Notes: a model not told the origin generated them from the sequence alone. A stretch of DNA of 64,000 bases from an uncultured Burkholderiaceae bacterium (GCA_964293815.1 CAXYYC010000010.1:203-64202); one strand, 5' to 3'. Positions 1-10,874 are shown, counted from the first letter of the stretch. Numbers and translations are program-made.

Positions 1-64
1 ACCATAGACTGCGCGCCACGTCTTGTTACTCATCACGCCAATCAGCCAGCTCAGACGGTAGGGG

Positions 65-84
65 TTATTCCGTGTTTCCTTAAT
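65..84 (+). repeat. Copy of the 20-bp intergenic motif TTATTCCGTGTTTCCTTAAT. An identical copy lies on the - strand at 17965..17984 and a near-copy at 19942..19961.
   Basis: Read directly: 65..84 is the exact reverse complement of 17965..17984. It lies about 95 nt upstream of the NfeD-like gene and is co-oriented with it. Confidence 0.7.
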
Positions 85-179
85 AAGACACAGTTAAGCA
101 ATTAGGGAAGGCTGTAGCACAGACGTATTCGGATACACTGGCGCACTGATGATTTGACTGACTCAAAAAAGGAGACCCC

Positions 180-602
180 ATGGCACATACTTGGCTGATT
201 CTCGCCGGTTTATTACTGATTGCCGAATTGCTCTCCGGTACTTTTTATCTATTGATGCTGGCCATCGCGGCTTTTGGCGCATGGCTATCTATGAAGATGG
301 GCGTGGATTTTCTGACACAAACCATCGTCTTTCTCATTGGCGCAGCGATTTTGACGGTACTCACGCGCCGCTATCGCTATCGCATCAATGCCCGCAACCG
401 CCCCAACCTCGCAGAGAATCTGGACGCCGGTGAAATCATCACCGTCCATGACTGGGATAATGGCATCGGACGCACGCATTACCGTGGCACGCAATGGGCA
501 GTTCAGCTGGAAAGCGACGATCACGATCACGCGCCACTGACCGACGGCTCATACCGAATTGTCCGTCTGGATGGCACACGCATTCGGGTCGAACGTTTAT
601 AG
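180..602 (+). CDS. NfeD-family membrane protein (usual partner of SPFH/stomatin proteins)
   Basis: 140-aa ORF with GGAG 8 nt upstream. It has two N-terminal TM helices (LILAGLLLIAELL..., FLIGAAILTVL) and a C-terminal soluble OB-like segment. It is adjacent to an SPFH gene. Confidence 0.7.
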   Translation: MAHTWLILAGLLLIAELLSGTFYLLMLAIAAFGAWLSMKMGVDFLTQTIVFLIGAAILTVLTRRYRYRINARNRPNLAENLDAGEIITVHDWDNGIGRTHYRGTQWAVQLESDDHDHAPLTDGSYRIVRLDGTRIRVERL

Positions 603-760
603 ACTCAAGGAACATGCGATGATTACCTCAAGTGATTGAGTTCTGTTATCCATGTCATTCATGTTTTCATACCCGTACCGCCAAACCATCTGAAGCAATA
701 ACAACTCAGTCTTTGGCGCTTGTTTTCAACCCTTCATCCACTTTTTAACAAAGGACTCAC

Positions 761-1675
761 ATGGAATTTTCTTTACCGCTTATTATTTTGATTCTCGCCA
801 TCGTCTTTGTCACGCAAGCCGTTAAAGTCGTGCCACAACAAAGCGCATGGGTACTCGAACGCTTTGGTAAATACAACCGTACCCTGTTACCCGGCTTGAA
901 CATCATTGTGCCCTTTGTTGACCGCGTGGCTTACCGCCACTCGCTCAAGGAAATTCCGATGGATGTACCGAGCCAAGTCTGTATTACCCGCGACAACACG
1001 CAATTGCAAGTAGACGGCGTGATTTATTTCCAAGTCACCGACCCGATGAAAGCCTCCTACGGCTCGTCCAACTTTGTATTCGCCATCACCCAGTTGGCGC
1101 AAACCAGCCTGCGTAGCGTGATTGGTAAACTCGAACTGGATCGCACCTTTGAAGAACGCGAAATGATTAACACGCAAGTGGTCAGCGCCTTGGACGAAGC
1201 CGCCGCCAACTGGGGCGTGAAAGTATTGCGCTACGAAATCAAAGACTTGGTACCACCGGCAGAAATCCTGCGCGCAATGCAGGCGCAAATCACCGCCGAG
1301 CGTGAAAAACGTGCGCTGATCGCCGCCTCTGAAGGTCGCAAGCAAGAGCAGATCAATATCGCCACTGGTGAACGCGAAGCCTCCATCGCCCGCTCCGAAG
1401 GTGAAAAGCAAGCCGCGATCAACCGCGCGCAAGGTGAAGCCGCCGCGATTTTATCGATTGCCGAAGCGAACGCCACTGCCGTGCGCCAGATTGGTGAAGC
1501 GACTCAAGCCGATGGCGGTATGAACGCCGTTAACCTAAAAGTTGCCGAACAATACGTCGCCGCATTCCAAAACATGGCGAAAAACAGCAATACCCTCGTC
1601 GTACCGGCCAATATGGGCGACTTGTCCACCCTCGTTACCGGCGCGATGAAGATCATCGAAAGCCAAAAGAAATAA
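761..1675 (+). CDS. SPFH/band-7 (stomatin/QmcA-like) membrane protein
   Basis: 304 aa. It has an N-terminal TM helix, then a typical SPFH core (VPQQSAWVLERFGKY...TRDNTQLQVDGVIYFQV) and an Ala/Glu/Gln-rich coiled-coil tail. Confidence 0.85.
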   Translation: MEFSLPLIILILAIVFVTQAVKVVPQQSAWVLERFGKYNRTLLPGLNIIVPFVDRVAYRHSLKEIPMDVPSQVCITRDNTQLQVDGVIYFQVTDPMKASYGSSNFVFAITQLAQTSLRSVIGKLELDRTFEEREMINTQVVSALDEAAANWGVKVLRYEIKDLVPPAEILRAMQAQITAEREKRALIAASEGRKQEQINIATGEREASIARSEGEKQAAINRAQGEAAAILSIAEANATAVRQIGEATQADGGMNAVNLKVAEQYVAAFQNMAKNSNTLVVPANMGDLSTLVTGAMKIIESQKK

Positions 1676-1736
1676 ATGAACCCCGCCTCAGCACTACCGT
1701 GTTCCCACGGCTGCGAGCGCAATTGAGCACTAACTC

Positions 1737-1764
1737 GGGCTGGGAAACCAGCCCATTCTTTTTT
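1737..1764 (+). terminator. Rho-independent terminator after the SPFH gene
   Basis: GGGCTGG-GAAA-CCAGCCC stem-loop followed by ATTCTTTTTT. Confidence 0.6.
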
Positions 1765-1777
1765 CAGGAGAAAAATC

Positions 1778-2596
1778 ATGAAAACACCAGTAAAACCTCT
1801 GATATCCGGCTTAGCCATCGCTGCTTTGGCCGCATTAGGCACACTAAGCGCCTGCACCAGCACGCCAACAGCAGGCGCACCGAGCACAGCACCCAAAGTT
1901 GTCATCATTCCGGTACCGGTACCGACACCAACTCCAAAAATACCTGATACGCATACCACGCGCAACAGCGTGGACTGGGCGGGTTATTACACCGGCACAA
2001 TCCCGTGTGCAAGTTGCGAAGGCATTCAAGTCTGGTTGAATTTAACCGAAGCGGGCAAAAATACCCGTTACAGCTTGGTCGAAAACTATTTGGGCAAAAA
2101 AGGCGGCGCATTTAACAGCTCAGGCAATGCCATTTGGCGCGCCAATGGCTCGGTCATCGACTTAAAAGGCAAAGACGAAAACCGCGCCTTATTCATTGGC
2201 GAGAATTTCGCTGAGTTCCTCGCCGAAGGGAAAAACCGCGCCACAGGCCAATCCAATTACACCCTGCGCAAACAAGACAACTTCACCGGCCAAAACTGGC
2301 AACTACTGGTTGACCCACAAAACGTCCGAACCGAACGCAAAAACGGCATCAACTTCGTGCGCTTTCCCGCCCTGCTGAACAGCAAAAAAGTCGAGCAAGG
2401 CGGCCATCGTTCATTGACCGCAAACTATGTGATTAACTGCACCAAGAAACAATACGATATGCCAACGGTCAAATACTATGCACAACCCTTTGCCACCGGC
2501 GCATTGATATACCAAACCAATCGCAATAGCGGCAACTGGCTACCAACCAAAAATGATGGTGTTTTACGCCAAGCAGCCGAAAAATACTGCCCATAA
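1778..2596 (+). CDS. Lipoprotein with an NlpE-N-terminal-like CxxC domain plus an uncharacterised C-terminal domain
   Basis: Lipobox LGTLSAC, a Pro-rich linker, then YYTGTIPCASCEGIQVWLNL, which resembles the NlpE N-domain CxxC motif. AGGAG lies upstream of the ATG. Confidence 0.6.
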   Translation: MKTPVKPLISGLAIAALAALGTLSACTSTPTAGAPSTAPKVVIIPVPVPTPTPKIPDTHTTRNSVDWAGYYTGTIPCASCEGIQVWLNLTEAGKNTRYSLVENYLGKKGGAFNSSGNAIWRANGSVIDLKGKDENRALFIGENFAEFLAEGKNRATGQSNYTLRKQDNFTGQNWQLLVDPQNVRTERKNGINFVRFPALLNSKKVEQGGHRSLTANYVINCTKKQYDMPTVKYYAQPFATGALIYQTNRNSGNWLPTKNDGVLRQAAEKYCP

Positions 2597-2816
2597 ACCC
2601 AAAAATAGGGAGCCAATCAGAGAAACATTCACGCCCTGATTGGCCTCCCATTGTGCATAAAAATTTCATTAGAAAATCGCCCAAGCCACCACAAAACAGC
2701 TACAATGCCACCGTCGCAAAGCCACATACTGCGACCCATCACTTATAACCCACTGCTATGACATCCGCTATGTCGGCTTGCTCATATTAAGTACATCACT
2801 TGAAAAAGGATACATC

Positions 2817-3275
2817 ATGGCATCAATCAATAAAGTCATTCTCGTTGGCAACCTCGGACGTGACCCTGAAGTACGCTACACCCCTGACAACAACGCCATC
2901 ACCAACATCTCCATCGCCACCACCGACCGCTACAAAGACAAAAACACCGGTGAGCAAAAAGAAATCACCGAATGGCACCGCGTGGTGTTTTTCAATCGTT
3001 TAGCCGAAATCGCAGGCGAATACCTGAAAAAAGGCTCGCAAGTCTACATCGAAGGCCGTCTGCGCACCCGCAAATGGACCGACCAATCGGGCGTGGAAAA
3101 ATACACCACCGAAATCATCGCCGATCAAATGCAAATGCTCGGTAGCCGCAACAGCAGCGGCGGCGGTGTGGCCTATGACGACAGCTATGGCGCGCCAGCA
3201 GCCCCAGCCGCTCCGGCACGCGCACCTGCTGCAAAAAAACCGGTGGATGATTTGGAAGACGATATTCCGTTTTAA
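2817..3275 (+). CDS. ssb: Single-stranded DNA-binding protein
   Basis: [21 protein letters not shown]..., a Gly/Pro/Ala-rich linker and an acidic DDIPF C-terminus. The ATG at 2817 has AAAGGA upstream. The ORF-track TTG at 2778 is probably not used. Confidence 0.95.
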   Translation: MASINKVILVGNLGRDPEVRYTPDNNAITNISIATTDRYKDKNTGEQKEITEWHRVVFFNRLAEIAGEYLKKGSQVYIEGRLRTRKWTDQSGVEKYTTEIIADQMQMLGSRNSSGGGVAYDDSYGAPAAPAAPARAPAAKKPVDDLEDDIPF

Positions 3276-3290
3276 ATCCCGTACCCATCC

Positions 3291-3327
3291 AAAAACTCTC
3301 TCATGAATCATGCAGAGAGTTTTTTTA
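3291..3327 (+). terminator. Rho-independent terminator of ssb
   Basis: 11-bp stem AAAAACTCTCT / AGAGAGTTTTT followed by a T-run. Confidence 0.8.
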
Positions 3328-3429
3328 TACCCCATCATCGATTCACACAAAAAATCCCAGCCTGCAGAAAAAGCATTTCGGTACATCCATGCGCCGCCTC
3401 CAAGCCCAAAAAGCCACGAGCATCGCAAA

Positions 3430-3457
3430 CCTGCCAACATTAAGCCTGCCAACATTA
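3430..3457 (+). repeat. Tandem direct repeat CCTGCCAACATTA-AG-CCTGCCAACATTA
   Basis: Read directly in the 400-bp ORF-poor gap between ssb and the OmpA-like gene. Confidence 0.7.
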
Positions 3458-3672
3458 TCGCGCTGAACATCACATTCAAAAAAATCGATAACACACTGAA
3501 TTTAATGCACATTCATGAAAAAATGGCCACTTCTCAGCAGGAACCACTTAATTAGCCTACAATGTCAACCCAACACTGAAATGACGTGTTGTTGCTCATA
3601 GTTACTGTTATATGTATGGTATCACTACCATGATTCACATAAACAAAGTCTATTTTTTAAAAGGAGATTCAC

Positions 3673-4335
3673 ATGAAAAAAGTATTACTGACTTCCGTTT
3701 TGATCGGCGCATTGGCATTACAAGGTTGTGCAACGGGCAATATGAATCCTCCTGGCTCCGCTGCCTCAGCAGGCATTGGTGCGCTCGCCGGTGCAGCCGC
3801 TGGCGCCATCATTGGCTCAACCACAGGTAGCGACAAAGTCGGTCGTGATGCAGCCATTGGCGCGGCAGTCGGCGCATTGGGCGGCTATGTTTGGAACAAC
3901 CAAATGGAAAAACAACGCGCAGCGATGGAAACTGCCACTGCCGGTACAGGCATTGACGTGACCCGCACCGCAGACAATCAATTGAAGATGGAAATTCCGG
4001 CTGACGCAGGCTTTGCCGTCAATCAAGCAACGATTCAACCACGCTTACAAACCGTGTTGAATACCTTTGCAACCACATTAAACGCCAACCAAACCACTTT
4101 GGTTCGCGTTGTCGGCCATACAGACAACACAGGTACTGACGCAATCAACTACCCGCTGTCACAACGCCGCGCGGACAGCACTCGTAATTATTTGGTGGCT
4201 AAAGGCGTGAGCGCCAGCCGCTTCACCACCGAAGGTAAAGGCTCAACCCAGCCAATCGCCAGCAACGCGACTGAAGCAGGTCGTGCAGAAAACCGTCGTG
4301 TTGAAGTCTACGTCGGTCAGCCTGCAGCACAATAA
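3673..4335 (+). CDS. OmpA-family (peptidoglycan-binding) lipoprotein with a glycine-zipper N-region
   Basis: Lipobox ALQGC and a Gly/Ala zipper (GIGALAGAAAGAIIG). The OmpA_C motif is present (VVGHTDNTGTDAINYPLSQRRADS...NRRVEV). AGGAGA lies upstream. Confidence 0.85.
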   Translation: MKKVLLTSVLIGALALQGCATGNMNPPGSAASAGIGALAGAAAGAIIGSTTGSDKVGRDAAIGAAVGALGGYVWNNQMEKQRAAMETATAGTGIDVTRTADNQLKMEIPADAGFAVNQATIQPRLQTVLNTFATTLNANQTTLVRVVGHTDNTGTDAINYPLSQRRADSTRNYLVAKGVSASRFTTEGKGSTQPIASNATEAGRAENRRVEVYVGQPAAQ

Positions 4336-4360
4336 TTTATACACCTCTTTCTGCATCTCA

Positions 4361-4386
4361 GCCCCGTGTTTGTACGGGGCTTTTTG
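4361..4386 (+). terminator. Rho-independent terminator
   Basis: GCCCCGT-GTTTGT-ACGGGGC followed by TTTTT. Confidence 0.8.
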
Positions 4387-4635
4387 TTGCAGAACGACCA
4401 TTCTTTTTTAATAAAATCCGAATAAATATAAAAATATTTCGTTAAAACAAAATTAGACAGTTAATTTTAATAAAATATGTAGAAAAATAATCAACCACAT
4501 AAGTGCATGGGTGTTAGCATTAGCGCCCTGCTCTCGTATATCGACACATTCAGCAATCCGCCTGATAACCATTGCAAGAGCATGGAAACCAAAATACCAA
4601 TAATACTTGTCACATCCACAAAGGAGAATGCATCC

Positions 4636-6054
4636 ATGCAGACGCTTCATAACATCATCAACAGCATCAACGACGTCCTCTGGGGCTATGTGCTCATTTA
4701 TCTGCTGCTTGCTGTGGGAATCTATTTCACCGTGCGCTTTGGCTTTGTCCAATTTCGCGCGATGAAACGCGCAACGCAGGTCACGTTTGCCAAACCCGAA
4801 GATCCGAATCAGATCAGTTCATTTCAGGCATTCGCCACCGGTTTGGCCAGCCGCGTCGGCACAGGTAATATCGCTGGCGTCGCCACCGCCATCAGCATTG
4901 GCGGGCCGGGTGCGGTGTTTTGGATGTGGGTAACGGCATGGTTGGGCATGGCCTCGGCCTTTGTCGAAGCGACTTTGGCACAGATTTTCAAAGTCAAAAA
5001 CGAGGATGGCACTTATCGCGGTGGTCCGGCGTATTACATTCAGCAAGGTTTGGGTTCGCGTCCATTGGGCATTGCTTTTGCCTTGAGTTTATTGCTGGCG
5101 TTTGGTCTGGTGTTTAATGCGGTACAAAGCAATTCGATCAGTGATGCGCTGTACACTGGTTTTGGCTTGGACAAAACCATGACCGGCATCATCACAGTCG
5201 CCATGTCAGGCGCAGTCATTTTCGGCGGTGCCAAACGGATTGGTAAAGTCGCGGAAATTCTCGTACCGGTGATGGCAATTGCGTATTTGCTGGTTGCCAT
5301 CTACGCATTAGTTATGAATTTTTCACACTTACCCGGCGTAATTGCCACCATTTTGACGCACGCATTCACGGGTGAAGCGGCTATGGGCGGTGCGGCAGGT
5401 GCGGGCATGAAAAAAGCGATGGAAATGGGGATTAAACGCGGTTTGTTCTCGAACGAAGCCGGTATGGGTTCTGCACCGAATGCCGCCGCTTCAGCCTCAA
5501 CGCCTCACCCTGTGAACCAAGGTTTGTTACAAATGCTCGGCGTATTTATCGACACCATCGTGATTTGTACCGCCACCGCATTCATCATCTTGCTGTCGAA
5601 CGCATACGTCCCCGGCAGTGGTGCGAAAGGCGCGGCCTTGACCCAAGCGGCGGTGGATTACCACATGGGTGGCAAAGGCGGCGCGGCATTTATGGGCATT
5701 GCGGTGTTCTTATTTGCCTTCACCTCGATCATCGGTAACTATGCCTACGCGGAAAGTAACATCAAATTCATCAAAGAAAACAAAACCGTGGTGATGATTT
5801 TCCGCCTGATGGTACTGGGCATGGTGATGTTCGGTGCGACGGGTAGTTTGCCACTGGTCTGGGATATGGCCGATGCGTCGATGGGCTTTATGGCGCTGAT
5901 TAACTTGGTGGCGATTTTACTGCTGTCCAAATATGCGATTGCCGCATGGAAAGACTACAGCGCACAGCTCAAATCTGGCTCGGATAATCCTGTCTTCAAA
6001 AGCAAAAATATCGCCGGTTTGAGCGAAAAATTGCAACAAGATAGCTGGAAATAA
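4636..6054 (+). CDS. Alanine/glycine:cation (Na+) symporter, AGCS family
   Basis: Multi-TM protein with AGCS hallmarks (FQAFATGLASRVGTGNIAGVATAI, GLFSNEAGMGSAPNAAA). The ATG at 4636 is preceded by AAGGAG. The upstream part of the ORF-track frame (4507..4635) is non-membrane and lacks an RBS. Confidence 0.9.
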   Translation: MQTLHNIINSINDVLWGYVLIYLLLAVGIYFTVRFGFVQFRAMKRATQVTFAKPEDPNQISSFQAFATGLASRVGTGNIAGVATAISIGGPGAVFWMWVTAWLGMASAFVEATLAQIFKVKNEDGTYRGGPAYYIQQGLGSRPLGIAFALSLLLAFGLVFNAVQSNSISDALYTGFGLDKTMTGIITVAMSGAVIFGGAKRIGKVAEILVPVMAIAYLLVAIYALVMNFSHLPGVIATILTHAFTGEAAMGGAAGAGMKKAMEMGIKRGLFSNEAGMGSAPNAAASASTPHPVNQGLLQMLGVFIDTIVICTATAFIILLSNAYVPGSGAKGAALTQAAVDYHMGGKGGAAFMGIAVFLFAFTSIIGNYAYAESNIKFIKENKTVVMIFRLMVLGMVMFGATGSLPLVWDMADASMGFMALINLVAILLLSKYAIAAWKDYSAQLKSGSDNPVFKSKNIAGLSEKLQQDSWK

Positions 6055-6084
6055 TGGCTTTGTGCGGCTGACGGCTGTTCAATG

Positions 6085-6114
6085 AAAAGAGTTGCTTTGT
6101 GCAACTCTTTTTTA
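6085..6114 (+). terminator. Rho-independent terminator
   Basis: AAGAGTTGC / GCAACTCTT stem followed by TTTTT. Confidence 0.8.
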
Positions 6115-6179
6115 TATCCCGACACCACGAAACCATAAAATCGGTATGATGTCATCAACCAACCCTCAGGAAGGAGCGC

Positions 6180-6680
6180 ATGATGAAGGCATCTCGCCTA
6201 TTACCCCTACTGATGTTGCTGTCCATACCGCTGATGGCGCACGCAAAACCAAAACATCGAGACTATCCGGCCAAGGTGTATCGAGGCGTCGCGCATCCAG
6301 TTACCATCGATCAACACACCAGACATTTTAAAACTCAATTTATGAACACCAACGGTCAAGCGATTAATTTTGCCGGACATTACGTCATCAACGAGTTTGC
6401 CTGTGGTACCGATGCCTGTACCGCATTGCTATGGGTGGATGTCAAAACGGGTAAAGGCCGCTTTTTCGAGCCGCGTACCTTTACCGGTTGTTACTCTGGT
6501 GATGAATATATTTCGCCAGAATTTCACTACCGAGCCAACAGCCGACTGTTCATTGCGATTGGTAAACCAGAAGGTAGCTCCAACGATCATGCGCAATGCC
6601 AAATTCACTATTATGTGGCGCACAACGGCATGCTAAAACTGCTTGAAACTGCACCATTTACCACGGCCCCTCTCGAATAA
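6180..6680 (+). CDS. Hypothetical exported protein with several Cys residues
   Basis: 166 aa. Signal peptide MMKASRLLPLLMLLSIPLMAHA, with GGAAGGA upstream. I recognise no family. Confidence 0.55.
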   Translation: MMKASRLLPLLMLLSIPLMAHAKPKHRDYPAKVYRGVAHPVTIDQHTRHFKTQFMNTNGQAINFAGHYVINEFACGTDACTALLWVDVKTGKGRFFEPRTFTGCYSGDEYISPEFHYRANSRLFIAIGKPEGSSNDHAQCQIHYYVAHNGMLKLLETAPFTTAPLE

Positions 6681-6704
6681 TTACCCCAAAAGTAGATACC
6701 CTAT

Positions 6705-6737
6705 AAAAAACAGGCTTGATATTCAAGCCTGTTTTTT
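6705..6737. terminator. Bidirectional terminator between convergent genes
   Basis: AAAAAA-CAGGCTTGA-TAT-TCAAGCCTG-TTTTTT, placed between the stop at 6680 (+) and the purL stop at 6755 (-). Confidence 0.8.
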
Positions 6738-6754
6738 CGTTCAGCCGTATTGTA

Positions 6755-9700
6755 TTATCCCACCCACTTGCGCGCGTTTTGGAACAACTGCATCCACGGA
6801 GACGTGCTCAACTGCGCCCAATCCGCAGGTTTCCACGAGAATAGCTCATTACGGAACACTCGCTCAGGATGCGGCATCATAATCAAAACGCGGCCATCTG
6901 TGGTAGTGAAACCGTTCAAACCCAGCGGCGTGCCATTCGGATTCTGCGGATAGGTTTCTGTCGCTTGATGAGCGGCATTGACATAACGCAACGCCACTTT
7001 ATTCTGCGCCTGCACCGCCGCCAAATCGGCCGCATCCGCGTAACTCGCGCGCCCTTCACCGTGGGAAATGACCACGGGCAGGACGCTACCGCTCATGCCT
7101 TGCAACAAAATCGATGGTGATTCGGTGATTTCCACCTGAACCAAACGTGCTTCGTACTGCTCGGAGGTGTTCCGAACGAATTTCGGCCAATGCGCCGCGC
7201 CCGGAATAAGGCTTTTCAAATTGCTCATCATTTGGCAACCGTTACACACACCCAAGCTGAACGTATCACTACGCGCGAAATATTCGGCAAACTGATCGCG
7301 TAAATTATCGTGGTACAAAATCGTTTTTGCCCAGCCTTCGCCTGCACCCAAAACGTCACCGTATGAGAAGCCGCCACACGCCGCCAGACCTTTCATATCT
7401 TGCAAATGCACACGCCCCGCGAGCAAATCGCTCATGTGTACATCCACCGCATCAAAGCCCGCCGCGGTGAATGCCGCCGCCATCTCGACGTGACCATTCA
7501 CACCCTGTTCGCGCAAAATCGCTACTTTCGGCTTCGCGCCCAAACTCAAATACGGCGCAGAAACCGACGCATCCGGCGTGAAGGTTAATTTTGGCGTCAA
7601 TGCTTCAGGCGCACGCGCGTACTCCTGCTCCACACACGCCGGATTGTCGCGCAGCTTGGCAATCTGGAACGAAGTTTCACACCACGCCGCATGCAGCACA
7701 CTCAACGGCTGTTTGAATTTCGCTTCGCCGTCCTGCCACACCGAGAACTCAGCCTGCGCTTGCTCCGCAGCGATGACTTGCCCAACGATATGACTGTCCG
7801 CGCCCAAATGATGCGCACGCAATACGTCCATCACCGCGCCGGTATCGTCCTTGCGAATTTGAATCACCATGCCCAATTCTTCATTAAATAGGGCTTTTAA
7901 CAGCGCTTCCTGACGCTGAACGGCAATTTGCACGCCGTTGATTTTGTAGTCGCCCGCATCGGCTGAGTTCGGGTCAACGGTGAGTAAATCCACGTTTAAC
8001 GCCACCGATGTTTGCGCGGCAAACGCCATCTCAGCCGCCGCCGCAAACAGCCCGCCATCCGATTTGTCGTGATACGCCAGCGCCAAACCTTTCGCACGCA
8101 ATTCTTGCAACGCCGCAAACGCATTTTTGAGCACCACCGCATCATCCAAATCCGGCACATCATCCACCGAGCCAACTTGACCGCTGACCTGAGCCAAAAT
8201 CGACTGCGCCATGCGTTGTTTACCCTGCGCCATGTCAATGAGCAATAAACGTGAGGTTTCAGCCGTTTTTTGCAACTCAGGCGTGAGCGTTGCGTTCACA
8301 TCGCTCACGGGCGCGAAGGCAGTGACGATCAACGATACCGGCGATTTGACGGTTTTGCTCGCTCCGTTATCCTGCCAAGTGGTTTTCATTGACAATGAAT
8401 CTTTACCGACGGGAATCGAAATGCCCAACTCGGGGCACAGTTCCATGCCCACGGCTTTCACCGTATCGTACAGTTTCGCATCCTCACCGGCGACGCCACA
8501 GGCCGCCATCCAGTTGGCCGATAATTTGATTTGGCTGATGTTCTCAATCGGCGCAGCGGCAATATTCGTGATCGCTTCGGCAATCGCCATGCGACCGGAA
8601 GCTGGCGCATCCAGCACCGCCAGCGGCGTGCGCTCACCCATCGCCATCGCTTCGCCGAGCGTACCGACGTAATCGCGCAACGATACCGCGCAATCCGCTA
8701 CAGGGATTTGATACGGGCCGACCAATTGGTCACGCGCAGTCAAACCACCCACCGTGCGATCGCCAATGGTAATCAGGAAATTTTTGTTCGCTACCGTCGG
8801 ATGACGCAATACGTTCAGCGCGGTCTCGGTCAAATCCAAACCAACCACGTCCACAGGTGTGCTGTCCTGCGCCACACGCGCCACATCGCGCGTCATTTTT
8901 GGCGGTTTACCCAGCAATACCTCCATCGGCATTTGCACAGGGTCTTGCGGATTGCTCACGCCTTCACGGGTGTCCAAAACCTGCAATTGGCGCTCGGCAG
9001 TCGCCGTACCAATCACCGCAAATGGACAACGCTCACGTTCGCACATCTGCGCAAACAATGCCAAGTGCTCGGGCAAAATCGCCAATACATAGCGCTCCTG
9101 CGCCTCGTTGCTCCAAATTTCACGCGGCGACAGGCCGGATTCTTCCAATTGCACCTTCGCCAGATCAAAAATCGCGCCTTTTTTCGCACCATCGACGATT
9201 TCAGGGAAGGCATTGGAAATACCACCCGCACCGACGTCGTGGATCGACAGAATCGGATTATCCGCGCCCATTTGCCAGCAACGGTCAATGACCTCCTGCG
9301 CACGACGTTGAATTTCGGGATTACCGCGTTGTACCGAGTCAAAGTCCAATTTTGCGCTGTTCGCACCCGCGTTCATCGATGAGGCTGCGCCACCGCCCAG
9401 ACCGATTTTCATACCCGGACCACCGAGTTGAATCAGCAATGCGCCTTCAGGCAAATCGCGTTTGCCAACGTGCGCCGCGTCGATATTGCCCATACCGCCC
9501 GCGATCATGATTGGCTTGTGGTAGCCGTACACTTCGTCGCCAACGACTTGCTCAAAGGTACGGAAATAACCAGTCAGATTCGGGCGACCAAATTCATTGT
9601 TAAACGCCGCGCCGCCAATCGGCCCTGCGAGCATGATTTGCAAGGGGCTGGCGGTGTGTTCGGGTTTACCATATTTTTGCTCCCACGGACGCGGCGCATC

Positions 9701-10756
9701 GGGCAAATGCAAATGGGACACGGTGAAACCGGTCAAGCCGGATTTTGGCTTACTGCCCTGTCCCGTTGCGCCCTCGTCACGAATCTCACCACCCGAGCCA
9801 GTCGCCGCACCCGCAAACGGCTCTATCGCCGTCGGGTGATTGTGCGTTTCCACCTTCATCAGCGTGTGCGTCAGCGCCTCATTCGCGCGATACACGCCCT
9901 GCGCATCGGGATAAAAACGCTGCACCACCGCGCCCTGCATCACCGCCGCATTGTCGTCATACGCCACCACGTCGCCTTCGGGGTGTAATTGGTGCGTGTT
10001 GCGAATCATTTTAAACAAGCTCAGCGGCTGTGTTTCGCCATCAATGATGAAGTCGGCATTGAAAATTTTATGACGGCAATGTTCCGAGTTCGCCTGCGCA
10101 AACATCATCAATTCCACGTCGGTCGGATCGCGTTGAACTTTTTGGTACGCATCCGCCAGATAATCCATCTCGTCCTCGGACAAGGCCAAACCCAACTCGG
10201 TATTCGCCTCAAGCAAGGCGGCTTTGCCTTGTTGCAACAAAGGCACGGTTTGCAACGGTTGATTCGGCAACTCCTGAAACAACTCATGCCCGTCATATTC
10301 GCCCGCAAACCACGATTCGGTCATACGGTCGTGCATATCGGTGGCGATAGCAGCCAAGTCATTATCAGACAAGGATTTTTGACCACCCAACAAGCCTTTA
10401 CCCAGCACCAAACCGTACTCAATCCCGCGCTCAATGCGACGAATGTGCGTCAAACCCGCATTGTGCGCAATGTCGGTCGCCTTACTCGCCCACGGCGAAA
10501 TCGTCCCAATGCGCGGCACAACCGTCAGCGTCACCTCGTCAAAAGCATTACTCTGATGCGCCTCACCATACGCCAGCAGACCGTTGAGCAGCTCCAAATC
10601 ATGCGCAGACAAAGCCTCGTCCGACCAGACATAATGCACAAAACGCGACTGAATCCCCTGCACATTCGAGTGATGCGGGGTGATTTTATTCAATAGATTG
10701 GAAACACGAAAATCAGACAAAGCACGCGAGCCGTGCAACAGCGTAATCACAGACAT
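6755..10756 (-). CDS. purL: Phosphoribosylformylglycinamidine synthase (large single-chain form)
   Basis: 1333 aa. It has an N-terminal PurS-like part, duplicated AIR-synthase-like domains and a C-terminal glutamine amidotransferase with GVCNGCQ. Confidence 0.97.
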   Translation of the reverse strand: MSVITLLHGSRALSDFRVSNLLNKITPHHSNVQGIQSRFVHYVWSDEALSAHDLELLNGLLAYGEAHQSNAFDEVTLTVVPRIGTISPWASKATDIAHNAGLTHIRRIERGIEYGLVLGKGLLGGQKSLSDNDLAAIATDMHDRMTESWFAGEYDGHELFQELPNQPLQTVPLLQQGKAALLEANTELGLALSEDEMDYLADAYQKVQRDPTDVELMMFAQANSEHCRHKIFNADFIIDGETQPLSLFKMIRNTHQLHPEGDVVAYDDNAAVMQGAVVQRFYPDAQGVYRANEALTHTLMKVETHNHPTAIEPFAGAATGSGGEIRDEGATGQGSKPKSGLTGFTVSHLHLPDAPRPWEQKYGKPEHTASPLQIMLAGPIGGAAFNNEFGRPNLTGYFRTFEQVVGDEVYGYHKPIMIAGGMGNIDAAHVGKRDLPEGALLIQLGGPGMKIGLGGGAASSMNAGANSAKLDFDSVQRGNPEIQRRAQEVIDRCWQMGADNPILSIHDVGAGGISNAFPEIVDGAKKGAIFDLAKVQLEESGLSPREIWSNEAQERYVLAILPEHLALFAQMCERERCPFAVIGTATAERQLQVLDTREGVSNPQDPVQMPMEVLLGKPPKMTRDVARVAQDSTPVDVVGLDLTETALNVLRHPTVANKNFLITIGDRTVGGLTARDQLVGPYQIPVADCAVSLRDYVGTLGEAMAMGERTPLAVLDAPASGRMAIAEAITNIAAAPIENISQIKLSANWMAACGVAGEDAKLYDTVKAVGMELCPELGISIPVGKDSLSMKTTWQDNGASKTVKSPVSLIVTAFAPVSDVNATLTPELQKTAETSRLLLIDMAQGKQRMAQSILAQVSGQVGSVDDVPDLDDAVVLKNAFAALQELRAKGLALAYHDKSDGGLFAAAAEMAFAAQTSVALNVDLLTVDPNSADAGDYKINGVQIAVQRQEALLKALFNEELGMVIQIRKDDTGAVMDVLRAHHLGADSHIVGQVIAAEQAQAEFSVWQDGEAKFKQPLSVLHAAWCETSFQIAKLRDNPACVEQEYARAPEALTPKLTFTPDASVSAPYLSLGAKPKVAILREQGVNGHVEMAAAFTAAGFDAVDVHMSDLLAGRVHLQDMKGLAACGGFSYGDVLGAGEGWAKTILYHDNLRDQFAEYFARSDTFSLGVCNGCQMMSNLKSLIPGAAHWPKFVRNTSEQYEARLVQVEITESPSILLQGMSGSVLPVVISHGEGRASYADAADLAAVQAQNKVALRYVNAAHQATETYPQNPNGTPLGLNGFTTTDGRVLIMMPHPERVFRNELFSWKPADWAQLSTSPWMQLFQNARKWVG

Positions 10757-10874
10757 GAGATTTCCTCAGAAATGCGGGTAAAAGGACAATTTGAACAGCC
10801 GTTATTATACGTTTTGTGGCCGTTTACCGCCTTGATTTTTAAAACCAACTTGATCAATTCTTATTTATCGCACA

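Noticed and set aside
3310-3555. 81-aa + strand ORF in the ssb/OmpA-like gap
   Set aside because: It starts inside the ssb terminator stem and has no RBS. It is a proline/lysine/histidine-rich low-complexity product. The gap is reported as non-coding instead.
4507-4635. An N-terminal 43-codon extension of the AGCS ORF, and a possible glycine riboswitch in the same stretch
   Set aside because: The extension is hydrophilic, begins without an RBS, and a strong AAGGAG-ATG follows at 4636. I could not find the conserved glycine-riboswitch cores (GGAGAG...CACCG type).
8531-10696. Long + strand ORFs (8531..9382, 283 aa; 9428..9988, 186 aa; 9989..10696, 235 aa) inside purL
   Set aside because: They are entirely antisense to a 1333-aa gene with unmistakable PurL motifs. 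Their translations are Arg/His/Gln-rich low-complexity strings typical of shadow frames. No RBS and no recognisable domains.
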